DNA from: Oopsacas minuta
Lineage: Eukaryota; Animalia; Porifera
Assembly: GCA_024704765.1 (NCBI GenBank)
Contig: JAKMXF010000304.1
Span: forward strand, 81,296 to 145,295
Direction of reading: 5' to 3'
Length of the DNA stretch: 64,000 nucleotides
The notes under the pieces are model-generated. The model was not told the origin of the DNA and did not search any database. It saw only the letters and a list, made by a program, of their open reading frames with translations. Within the stretch, counting starts at the first letter, position 1. Every line of letters starts with the position of its first letter. Of the stretch, positions 40,784 through 51,702 are shown piece by piece. The position numbers were made by a program, and so were the translations under genes.

Positions 40784-42306
40784 AACCTCCAATACAGATT
40801 GCCTATCATGAACTTAAGTATGAATATAATGTATATTTTGTAAATCAATAAGATAAATTCCATCATAAGTGTGACGTCATAATTCTGAAGACGTCATAAC
40901 TCTCTAAATATAAGCCCTACAACAAAATTTTAAGTTCAAGGTGATTGCCAAATACGGATAACCAATATGTAATCAATAGATTTCATGGCGATAAAGTCGA
41001 GTAAAATGTATTTATTGAAGAAAATTTAAAATTTCACATATATCAATGACGTCATAAATTGGAAATTTTAGGCCATATACTTGTTATGACAAGATGTATT
41101 GGTTCCTTATATATAATAATCTATATGTAAATAATACATTTCATATGGCTATCTCACACCAAAATAGCTATTCTTTACTAACTGCCCTATTAAACCACTG
41201 TTCACTTGCAGGTTCGTCTGCAATCCCACACCGTTGCTTTGTATTGTAGCTCATCAGCTCTTTTCCATCAGAGGTTAACTGACGGATTGTCTCTTTGATA
41301 TCCTCTATCGAACAATCTAAAGGAAACCCGTAGACAACATTCGTAATACTATTGATGTCACGGCTTGCTTTGCAGGAAATACATGGCGCTCCTCCTTTCC
41401 TGTCATTGTTGCTAACGTTTTTCCGTCAAACATTGAAGCTTTGACTCTACTTTAACATGGCCATTTAGGTGATGAAATCCATTCTGATTTAGTGAAACAA
41501 TTTCAGGGTTTATTTACTTGCTCAATTCTATCACTTTGTCAATAGTCTCCTTTTGGCAAATAAGTGCTACTGGTTGGTTGGAAATCAGGAGTTAGGATGC
41601 CTGTTTTCCCACAGAACATTCCCGAATCGATCTATTACCTGAAGGGGTGAAACCATGAAGACAATATAATTTGATCGGTCTATATTCAAGTCTGACAATA
41701 ACCCAGGAGAGGAATGAGATCCAGAGCGATCCAGTCCATGCTTGATTTTGAGTGTTAATGGATGCAGTGTGGTGCAGGAAAATTTAGCACACATCCTTTT
41801 AACAACCGGTCAAAGAGAGAAATTACATGTGATGAGTAAGATATATAGACCCCTGTAGGATTGGAAACATTTGGATACCAGTCGAATGTTGGAACAATTG
41901 ATTTTTTAATTTCACTAATTTTTCCCAAGTTGCCAAAACGAGGCCTTCTGATCGGAGATAATATTTAAGATCTCTCCATTTTCCTTTCCCAAGCTTAAGT
42001 TGATATGCTAAGAATGTTGATTTTTCTGGTGAAACTATGTTACTGAGGATTGGTATCGATTCTTCGTTATAGATTATCCAAGCGATATTTGCGATGCTTT
42101 TAAAACCAATTTGTTCTACCGCTACAGTATACAACAGGAGAGCAACGTAGCGAATGACAGAAATATTTTCAAGTTGTGCTAACTGACGAATGGAAGTAAG
42201 TATCCCAGTCTGATCAAGCCTTATCTTCTTTGAACGAACTTGAATATCATCAATTGATTTTCTCCTCTCTACATTTGGAACCAATCTAACACCGCTTTCT
42301 ACATCC

Positions 42307-44226
42307 GGATACCGACAATTCGCACCGCGATAATTCGCACCACCGACAATTCGCACCTAATTTAGTATGATATTAGTTAATTAATTTAATCTAAGTACAC
42401 GTTAATAATCAATTTTCTAATAATTATTTCTGCACACAGAAAGTCTTAATTGGATAGATAATTCCAATTTTAGATGACATGATTCCATGAATCCATTTAA
42501 TGATATGAATTCCAAAGATTGTTATAGTAAGTATTAAGTAAACACACACGAAGTAAATACTCTTAGGGCTATATTTGGTAAAGAGGAATGTAGCAAACAG
42601 GGTGTGATCACCTGTGATATTTGCAATCCTCGGACATAAATAGAAAATGATCTAGTTCTAACTCAGATTCGTTTTCTCATTACAATCATCACAATATATC
42701 TTTGAAATTATAACTTCACAATGACGGAACCTCTTGATCAGCCGACCTTTAGGCTGATCAAGTCACAAAGAGGAGGAGACAAGCTGTTGGAGGATGGATA
42801 TTTGTTTGGAGTGCAGAGGAGAGTTGGAGATGTGACGCATTGGTTGTGTGAGCAAAGAGGGGTGTGCAAAGCTAGAGTTCATACCAAAGGGATGGTGATA
42901 GTCAAGCGCACGAATGAGCACTCCCATGGGCCTGGCGAGTAGGCAGCGGACTGTTGTGAAGCGAAGGCAGGCATGAAGAGGAAAGCACGGGAGTCCCAGG
43001 ATAGCACACACCACATAGTGGGCGAGAGTTTGCTAACAGCATCAGAGGGTACTGCTGCTAAACTCCCCAAACTGGACAGCCTGAAGCGGACGATACAACG
43101 CCAACGTGCTAGTGTACTTGCAGCTCCAGCACAGCCTACCACTCTAGCAGAGCTAGCTCTACCAGCAGTCTACCAGCAGACAGCCAAGGGAGAACAGTTC
43201 TTACTCTACGACTCTGGTGCAGACGATGTACACAGATTCCTCATCTTCGGGACACAACACAACCTCGGGATGCTACGGCGAAGCAAGATCTGGCTAGCTG
43301 ATGGCACCTTCAAGACGGCACCTCCCCTCTTCGCCCAGGTGTATGTGGTGCATGGACTTCGTGGAGGAGATGATCCTATGAAGACCGGCCATCTGTTACC
43401 GAGCCTGTTCGTGCTACTGCCCAACAAGACGGAGGCTGCCTACCTGAGGATGTGGGAACAGATCTGCCTACTGTGTCCACTTGCCGAGCCTCAACAGATG
43501 CTCCTGGACTTTGAGAAGGGCGCGATTACCAGCTTTGAGCATGTCTGGCCTAACACAGTAGTGAAGTGCTGCTTCTTCCACCTCACACAAAATATCTGGC
43601 GACATGTGCAGTCTGTAGGGCTGCAGTCTGCCTACACACATGACGAAGAGTTGGCTATGCGCATCCGGAGGATACCAGTCCTTGCTTTTGCCCGACCAGC
43701 AGACGTACCCGATCTGTTTGATCAAGTGGCAATGGACCTCCCCCTTACGCCTGAAATAGGCGAACTAGTCGACGACTTTGAGAGGACGTATATCGACCGC
43801 ACAGTTGCCAGCGGATACCATGTAGCGGCGACGTACCCTATTCACCTGTGGGACAACCACATCGGCACGCCCTTAGGACTCCCCCGTACAACCAACGCCG
43901 TAGAGGCATGGCACCGCAGCTTCAATGCCACTGTCGGCTGCCATCACCCTACCATATGGAAGTTCATCCTCTCCCTCAAGCGTGAGCAGGGCCTAATGGA
44001 GGTGCGGCATACTAACTACCTCGTTGGCAAGCCACCAACCAAGCGGAGGCGGTCCCAACAGAGTGAGGAAGCGTTGAAGACTCTAGTTCGTGAATATTAT
44101 TCTCCAGATCGTTCTAAAATGGAGTTCTTGCAGGGTGTAGCACATCATTTCAGCCTGGGAGCCGATTAACATGTTAATCAAAGCATTATCTAGCCCTCAA
44201 ATACATTGATTAGAGATAATCCTTTA
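42307..44226 (+). mobile_element. MULE (Mutator-like) element; left terminus with subterminal repeats, right terminus missing
   Basis: GGATACCGACAATTCGCACC with tandem ACAATTCGCACC repeats at 42307-42357, then a FLYWCH ORF 42721-42942 and a MULE ORF 42973-44169 in the same frame. Confidence 0.85.
42721..44169 (+). CDS. FLYWCH-MULE transposase with one premature TAG (42940-42942)
   Basis: KSQRGGDKL...HWLCEQRGVCKAR...HSH, then WLADGTFK, LLDFEKG, CCFFHL, RTTNAVEAWH and HHPTIWKF. The two ORFs are in frame across a single stop. Confidence 0.9.
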
Positions 44227-45579
44227 GATTAACATGTTAATCGGCTCCCAGGCTGAAATGATGTGCTACACCCTGCAAGAACTCCATTTTAGAACGATCT
44301 GGAGAATAATATTCACGAACTAGAGTCTTCAACGCTTCCTCACTCTGTTGGGACCGCCTCCGCTTGGTTGGTGGCTTGCCAACGAGGTAGTTAGTATGCC
44401 GCACCTCCATTAGGCCCTGCTCACGCTTGAGGGAGAGGATGAACTTCCATATGGTAGGGTGATGGCAGCCGACAGTGGCATTGAAGCTGCGGTGCCATGC
44501 CTCTACGGCGTTGGTTGTACGGGGGAGTCCTAAGGGCGTGCCGATGTGGTTGTCCCACAGGTGAATAGGGTACGTCGCCGCTACATGGTATCCGCTGGCA
44601 ACTGTGCGGTCGATATACGTCCTCTCAAAGTCGTCGACTAGTTCGCCTATTTCAGGCGTAAGGGGGAGGTCCATTGCCACTTGATCAAACAGATCGGGTA
44701 CGTCTGCTGGTCGGGCAAAAGCAAGGACTGGTATCCTCCGGATGCGCATAGCCAACTCTTCGTCATGTGTGTAGGCAGACTGCAGCCCTACAGACTGCAC
44801 ATGTCGCCAGATATTTTGTGTGAGGTGGAAGAAGCAGCACTTCACTACTGTGTTAGGCCAGACATGCTCAAAGCTGGTAATCGCGCCCTTCTCAAAGTCC
44901 AGGAGCATCTGTTGAGGCTCGGCAAGTGGACACAGTAGGCAGATCTGTTCCCACATCCTCAGGTAGGCAGCCTCCGTCTTGTTGGGCAGTAGCACGAACA
45001 GGCTCGGTAACAGATGGCCGGTCTTCATAGGATCATCTCCTCCACGAAGTCCATGCACCACATACACCTGGGCGAAGAGGGGAGGTGCCGTCTTGAAGGT
45101 GCCATCAGCTAGCCAGATCTTGCTTCGCCGTAGCATCCCGAGGTTGTGTTGTGTCCCGAAGATGAGGAATCTGTGTACATCGTCTGCACCAGAGTCGTAG
45201 AGTAAGAACTGTTCTCCCTTGGCTGTCTGCTGGTAGACTGCTGGTAGAGCTAGCTCTGCTAGAGTGGTAGGCTGTGCTGGAGCTGCAAGTACACTAGCAC
45301 GTTGGCGTTGTATCGTCCGCTTCAGGCTGTCCAGTTTGGGGAGTTTAGCAGCAGTACCCTCTGATGCTGTTAGCAAACTCTCGCCCACTATGTGGTGTGT
45401 GCTATCCTGGGACTCCCGTGCTTTCCTCTTCATGCCTGCCTTCGCTTCACAACAGTCCGCTGCCTACTCGCCAGGCCCATGGGAGTGCTCATTCGTGCGC
45501 TTGACTATCACCATCCCTTTGGTATGAACTCTAGCTTTGCACACCCCTCTTTGCTCACACAACCAATGCGTCACATCTC
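42827..45579. repeat. Large inverted repeat: 1353-bp arms (42827-44179, 44227-45579) with a 47-bp spacer
   Basis: Arms start at GAGATGTGACGC and end in the self-palindromic 16-mer GATTAACATGTTAATC. No differences were noticed on reading, but a base-by-base alignment was not run. Confidence 0.95.
44237..45433 (-). CDS. Inverted duplicate of the MULE transposase catalytic ORF
   Basis: The ORF track gives an identical 398-aa translation to 42973-44169. Coordinates are mirror-symmetric (start+end sums both 88406). Confidence 0.92.
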   Translation of the reverse strand: MKRKARESQDSTHHIVGESLLTASEGTAAKLPKLDSLKRTIQRQRASVLAAPAQPTTLAELALPAVYQQTAKGEQFLLYDSGADDVHRFLIFGTQHNLGMLRRSKIWLADGTFKTAPPLFAQVYVVHGLRGGDDPMKTGHLLPSLFVLLPNKTEAAYLRMWEQICLLCPLAEPQQMLLDFEKGAITSFEHVWPNTVVKCCFFHLTQNIWRHVQSVGLQSAYTHDEELAMRIRRIPVLAFARPADVPDLFDQVAMDLPLTPEIGELVDDFERTYIDRTVASGYHVAATYPIHLWDNHIGTPLGLPRTTNAVEAWHRSFNATVGCHHPTIWKFILSLKREQGLMEVRHTNYLVGKPPTKRRRSQQSEEALKTLVREYYSPDRSKMEFLQGVAHHFSLGAD

Positions 45580-45591
45580 TTTCTCTTCTCA

Positions 45592-45708
45592 CTCCTCTCC
45601 TCTCCTCTCCTCTCCTCTCCTCTCCTCTCCTCTCCTCTCCTCTCCTCTCCTCTCCTCTCCTCTCCTCTCCTCTCCTCTCCTCTCCTCTCCTTTCCTCTCC
45701 TCTCCTCT
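45592..45708. repeat. (CCTCT)n microsatellite
   Basis: Direct reading; it lies directly beyond the end of the right palindrome arm. Confidence 0.97.
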
Positions 45709-45719
45709 ATTCTCTCCAT

Positions 45720-45776
45720 TGAGGTGCAGCTACCATGGAAGAAGGACAGTGGTTATGATGCGGTAGCTGCACCTCA
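45720..45776. repeat. 57-bp inverted-repeat element
   Basis: TGAGGTGCAGCTACC ... GGTAGCTGCACCTCA, perfect 15-bp arms. Confidence 0.8.
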
Positions 45777-47289
45777 CTTGATCTTTCTACAACTCTCTCT
45801 CTTATATATATTATTTTAAGTTATCATAATTATTTATTTTCTTATTTTTCTTATATTTATCACTATTTTTATTCAATTAGTTTGTACACACATGCATATT
45901 AGTCATTAAATATAGTTTATTTATGACTTAACTTGATTCATCTGACTTGTTATCGAATAGAAACCTAAAGGGTTAATTTCCTGGCACGAACGGGGTGATT
46001 CAAACTTTACGTACCACTTAATGCCTGAATTGGATATCCTATTGGCAAGTATCCTTGTGTCCCCATTTTGTAGGATAATTGTGTAGGGGTATGAAGTTCA
46101 TTTAATCATGACCTACGTGATATCATGATTATAAGTTAAATGAACAAAATATCTGTTACAAATATCATTCCGATCTATCCCAGCAAGGCCAATATTTAAA
46201 AGTGGATGGCTAGTTTACTTAACCGAAACAGTACCCATCCAGAGATTAAATTATCACCTATATTTATTGGATAAAGGGGTTGGCCAGATTAACCGGTGGC
46301 TCTATTAAGCGGAGTCCACCGTATTATTAAAGGAATTTAAGTAGCAATNGTTGAATACGATAAGTATCTTCTCCACATATCGTTGCCAACTCGTCATGAA
46401 TAGACTTTGGAGGGATTTCGAGAATGGTGCGAAATTTGATGTACGTTCGTTGTTCAAGTTCCGAAAAATTTGGACAAGAAGCCATGAAAAATGTAAAGGA
46501 GAAAATGTAGGTTTCTAAAAATAACTGAAACTTAGGAAATAATTAAGTGATCAACTCTCTCTAAGTTTTGTTAGAAAGTTGAAATATGGTTCTATATAAT
46601 TGCACTGAGAAATACTAGCTTAGAGCTACTATTTCATTAAAAATATACAGTGATTAGTATATATTGAATGCCTCTGTAGTATATGTAAGTATAATTGTGG
46701 CGATGTTACAGATTCATTTATCTATTTCCCCATTATGGCCATTTTGTCACACTGTGTAATGTTTTAATCGTTGTTCGTGCCTGCACAGTGCAGTGGGTCC
46801 CAAGGCTGTATTAGGCAAATTTCTAACAGTTGATTAGTTTAATTTGACTCGTGAAGAAATTTAGACATTTGTTAAATAGACAAAATATCAAGTTTCATAT
46901 CACTTTATTAAGTAATTCTCTAGTTATGTCACATCTAATGTAGGAAATAATTGCCGAAGGAAATTGTTCTATAAATAGCGTAATAAAACGACATTAGTTA
47001 TAGTTCAAATATTTACCAAGCGAATATCAGTATTCGGCATTCGGTTGGTCCAAAATGAGTATTATCAGTAGTATTCGGTTGATGTAACCGAATATTATCA
47101 GTATTCGGTCCAGCAGCTATTCATGAATACTGATATTCGGTTCGATCAGTTTCAACCTTGGACTGGCTTAATAAAGAGTAGCCACAAGAACCTTCTTAAA
47201 TTTATGTTTTCGATAGTTTCCATTCAAAAAAGTACATCGTTTAACATATTTGTCACTAATAGCCATCATAGATGAATTGGCATATGCTC

Positions 47290-48700
47290 TGCCAATCTTA
47301 CTGTACAACTTCCCTTCAATTCTTCAACCATTTATGATTTACCATTTTATCTACCTGTAAGCTTGTATTCAACTTTCTCGATTTTTGTTTCATTTTCCCT
47401 ATTGATGCATAATTTCAAGAAGCATAAAGCTTCGCAGAAATCAACAGCTAAGCGTCGTCATACTGATGCTGGTGAGCACGCTCTCTCTATTCTTATTGCT
47501 AAGAATGAGATGGACTCGTTATCAACCTTTTCTGATAATCGTCCACCTCATCGATCCCCTGAACTGCAAACTGCTTACGATTCAAACCCTCATGCTGGTA
47601 TATTTAAACGTATATTTAGGAGTAAATCATTGAAAAAAAACACTAATGTGATTTTGTCTTCGAGATCTAACTCTACAATCCTCAAAGACTCACTGCCTTT
47701 GTTAAGATCTGATTCAAATAATTATGTTTCTGTCCAAGACTCTATTATTTATTTAGTTTTCCAGAACTCTATTCGTGAAGTTTCTCTTCCATCTGTTCTG
47801 ACATTTGACTGGATTACATCTAGTTTCAAATCTACATTCAACATGAATTTCTCAACTGACTTTGAATCCTCTTTTAATTTTAACATAAAGCATTCCAATG
47901 CTGACTCTTTTTCCGTAAGTCAGTCTCTCCTGTTGTAAATTTCTTCCTTATATTAATTTTCTAGTTAAAACCACTAACATGAGACTCTCACATTTCAAAA
48001 TTTGAGTTATAGCATTTTATACACTAAAAAATGCTGGTCACTAAAACTTTTAGATTAGGGACTGGGTTGAATACTACGTTAAATAGATATGCGAATTCAA
48101 TTAGTAGCGTCACCCTAGTTATATTTTCTCGTACTTTCCAATTTTCCCCAGATTTAAGTTTCCATCCATCGATTGTAATTTCAGTCTATTCTTGTGGAAA
48201 GCGCGCAAAATTTTCTATATTTACCTTTATTCCAAATTCTTCCTGGATTTATTATAACATCCCTGTAGTATCCAATTAACCCTAGTTGGTTCGAAAGTGT
48301 GAACATTTTTCGTTTTACCCTAATCAATGAATTATTGATATTTGATAATACACAGAGTCTTTATCTCAAAATATTTCCGGAACGAGATTTTCCACATCAT
48401 TATTTCAAAGAAATGCTCCAATTTGGATTGCTCTATTGAGAGGATTATTTATTAATTGTACAGACCTACAAATTATGAATTTTTCTTTGTTGATCGTGAT
48501 TTAATTGCTTTTAGTCATGCTGATTCTGAATTTGGAGTCAATTTATTCCTTAACCTCAAAATGATGTGATTTTCAAATTGCAAAATTGCAAAATTACGAA
48601 AACATTCATTCTCGAGTATGATAGAATCATTAACAGCTTCATTGGATATTGTATCTACGAATTATTTGTTATCCATTAGAAACTAGATCAGCTCTGTATG
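47290..48700 (+). pseudogene. Putative spliced gene or pseudogene of unknown function
   Basis: ORF 47363-47938 is bracketed by short GTAAG..AG intron candidates (47357-47419 preserves frame; 47915-47968), followed by further open stretches with frameshifts. No recognisable domain. Confidence 0.3.
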
Positions 48701-50479
48701 TATATGTAAAATTGACCATTTTGCACGCCATTTGTACTGTTTCTTTTGTTTGTTTATGTGTAGTGCCCAATTTTCATATTATGATCAGTTTACTTACATA
48801 CTGCTCATTTCAATATTTAATGTGACCCAATAAGGTTTTAATAACCGAATGCTACCGGGAAAATGTGTCATTTTATGACGTCACAAGGATACTGAAATCT
48901 TGATTTGGGTACGCGAATTGATTAGAACAAATTGGTAAACTTATCGGTTCCTTTTCGTTACAAATGTGACACTTCTGCGTAATTGTTTAAATCCTCTTAA
49001 TATATTTATGATCACACACGTATACAAAATAGTTTTCCTAAATTGTTTCAATTTTGCAATTTTGCATGTTTGTGCGGGATCAAATTGTTACGTTATGAAA
49101 TACATTGGACATTAAATTCGTAATCAACACCCAGAAATTAGTATAAATCAGTTGTCTAAATCCGAACAACTAAATCAGTGTAGACCTGTGTTTATTTACT
49201 GGTACCAAATGTTGTTATTCAAAATTGTCATGCTAATATTCCCACCTTCCACATTTATTGTAGGTATTCACCATTACTCGACAATCTTCAATGTTATGGC
49301 TAAATATTCTTAGAGACATAGTCTATTCCTAACTTCCCATACCCTGATAATCGATTTTGATATGAAATCTCCAACAAATATTACGCAATCATCTATAATA
49401 TTAGTCAGTATTGTATTTTTAAGCCTGCTTCATATTCACCAGAAATCGCATAGTAAATAATATTTTTTTCAGGGTATATGTAGTTGGGTATTTGTCATAT
49501 GTCTTTAAGATGATATGACCCTAATTCTGCGAGGCTATTTTTCTTACTATGTTTATGATTAGTTGTTTTTTGGTTAACTTTATGTTTATACTTTTTCATT
49601 AATTACATATGCACGTATGCTGCTAGGTTTTATAACAGCTCAATTGTCTTTAGATGGAAATTTGGCACAATTTGATAAACCGCTTTCTTTCATCCAAATC
49701 ACTAACTGATAAATTTTTCTTCCAGTTATAGTGCAGTATGAAAGTTAATTAATATACCGAAATAGCTTGGTCCCTGCGAAAAAGCAGTCGCTAGGCCCAA
49801 CCCAAAGGTTCGTCAAATTTTGCCGCCCCTGATGATTGTCGCTTGTTTGAACACTTTTAATCGTCCCAATACAGTGGTTACATAGAGATGCTTACTCCAT
49901 AAATTTCTTCTTCAAAACATAGTTACTCGCCTATTCAATTAGCATTTTGTGAATTTTGCGAAATTTAAACTACAGAGAAGTATTATTATTCTAATTATCC
50001 TGTGTCATAGCCTAACTTCTGATAGGACAGGATATGCTCAATTGGTTAACCCTCAAATCTGATAAGTCAACACGTATGGCAAATTTCTCAGAGACTTTAT
50101 GATATACCGCTTAAATATTGGAGAATCAAGCTAGATTAATCACATTTCTAGTTCTTTCCAAAACCTCAATTTTGAGTCACCATTCCCTAATACATTTATC
50201 ATCTTCTAGTACATTTTGCCACCTTTTCTCGGAGATGAATTTTCCTAATATTTATATTTCATCAAAGCAGATCCTAATTGGTTGCCAAAAGTGGTGAACA
50301 TAACTCAAATTGAATATAACCAGTATTTTATTGTCAATAGGTGGGAAATTGAAACAGGGAATTGGACGTACATTGCGTTATTTTATATTTACTATATTAC
50401 CTTATTTCACTATGTTACTTGACCTCTTTTAAGCTATGTATATCAATATTTTCCCATCATATATTTTCTAACCACACCT

Positions 50480-51702
50480 CAGAGTGCAACTGGGTCATTG
50501 ACCAATGGGTCAAATGGGTCATGGTTTATGGTTTATGACCCCTCAATAAATATTCATATACTATCTTTTGGACAATATACAGTCAGGGGACAAAAGTATT
50601 CGAACACACAAATATATTGTCATATATTGTGTACTCTTTCCCGCTCCTATATAGTGTGTAGCCTATATTCGTAGCTGCTATCTAGTAATTTGCATAGAAT
50701 AACATATGTTTTTCACGAATTTCAAAAAAATATTTTCGATTTACACTTTTTGAAGGTGTTAATTATGAATAATTATTAGATAATTATTGATATTCAAAAT
50801 GTATGGTAATTCAAAGCCTATTAAGAATCTATAATTTCTGACTTGATATTTGAATTCTACGTAGGCGAGTTACCCCAGATTGAAATTTCCAATCGGATTG
50901 AACAATTTTTACCAGAGTTATAGAAGAATTTCAATTTGTCCCACTTGTGCCACTACAAGGAAATCAACTAGGGTTAGGAGGAATAAGTCGAAGTAATATT
51001 TTCGAATGATATGACTATGCTAACCCTTGAATTCCAGAATAGCCTCTTGGTAGCGACCACTTGTGCCACCTTGGGCAAAAGATGGCACAAACGGCACAAA
51101 TTGAAATTCATCTATAACTCTGGTAAAAATTATTCAATCCTATTGGAAATTTCAATCTGGGGTAACTCGCCTACGTAGAATTCAAATATCAAGTCAGAAA
51201 TTATAGATTCTTAATAGGCTTTGAATTACCATACATTTTGAATATCAATAATTATCTAATAATTATTCATAATTAACACCTTCAAAAAGTGTAAATCGAA
51301 AATATTTTTTGAAATTCTTGAAAAACATATGTTATTCTATGCAAATTACTAGACAGCAGCTACGAATATAGACTACACAATATATAGGAGCGGGAAAGAG
51401 TATACAATATATGATGATATATTTGTGTGTTCGAATACTTTTGTCCCCTGACTGTACTTATTTTGCTTAATCAAAGTTAAAGAATATATCCAAATGTATC
51501 TTAGTGGAGGGTCTTAATGTCACTTAACTCAAATTTCCAGGAAAGTGTGGTCTTCCCTGTGACACACTTTCCCAATACGTTAGAATAGAGATTTCACGCA
51601 ACAAAACACTCCCTAGGTAACGTTTATATAGTTTAGGAGTTTTATGATGGGCACATGTGACTTGGCTCATGGGTCACGTCGATTTACCTATTTGCAACTC
51701 TG
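50480..51702. mobile_element. hAT-like non-autonomous element with 8-bp TSD
   Basis: Ends CAGAGTGCAA / TTGCAACTCTG, exact TSD CCACACCT (50472-79, 51703-10), subterminal GGGTCA repeats. Confidence 0.8.
50580..51454. mobile_element. Tc1-type fold-back MITE (875 bp, ~370-bp TIRs) nested in the hAT-like element
   Basis: CAGTCAGGGGACAAAAGTATTCGAACACAC... and its near-perfect complement ending ...CCCCTGACTG, TA TSD. Confidence 0.92.

Larger units (their letters stand above)
37591..41202 (+). mobile_element. Transib/RAG1L-type element B, complete (3612 bp)
   Basis: Ends CACAGTGGTTTA / TAAACCACTGTT with exact 5-bp TSD CACTT (37586-90, 41203-07). AAAGAATAG is shared by both ends. Removing B restores the A' reading frame. 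Confidence 0.95.
36476..42306 (-). mobile_element. Transib/RAG1L-type element A' (interrupted by B and by the MULE)
   Basis: 3' TIR CACAGTG-23-ATTAG at 36476. Minus-strand pieces 41823-42300 (RRKSIDD...KIRL), 41585-41794 (HGLDRSGSH), GGAPCISC..., then across B ...ADEPASGIDVFPAAPLHSYL..., FPWVSISNTLH and CSTCGQVGHQENC. The 5' end was not found. Confidence 0.85.
34354..46756 (+). mobile_element. Transib/RAG1L-type element A (outermost of the nest)
   Basis: Left end CACAGTG-14-AATAG at 34354 and right end (reverse complement) CACAGTG-23-AATAG at 46756, TSD TAATA/TAATG. Frameshifted transposase 35025-36475 (DGLDGSG, LFDTKM, CHLC, SPLYAYL) is cut at 36476. A probable 3' remnant follows the N at 46349. 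Confidence 0.75.

Noticed and set aside
41823-42356. MRIVGGANYRGANCRY as the real N-terminus of A' transposase
   Set aside because: It derives from the reverse complement of the MULE terminal repeats; the true 5' part of A' is displaced.
42763-45527. Antisense and alternative-frame ORFs over the MULE
   Set aside because: Shadow ORFs expected in GC-rich coding DNA and duplicated by the palindrome.
45392-45766. ORFs with LSSPL repeats
   Set aside because: Translation of the (CCTCT)n microsatellite.
47000-47160. Short GTATTCGG repeats, and other short-repeat arrays, as CRISPR
   Set aside because: Eukaryotic context, irregular spacing and no cas genes; they resemble transposon subterminal repeats.
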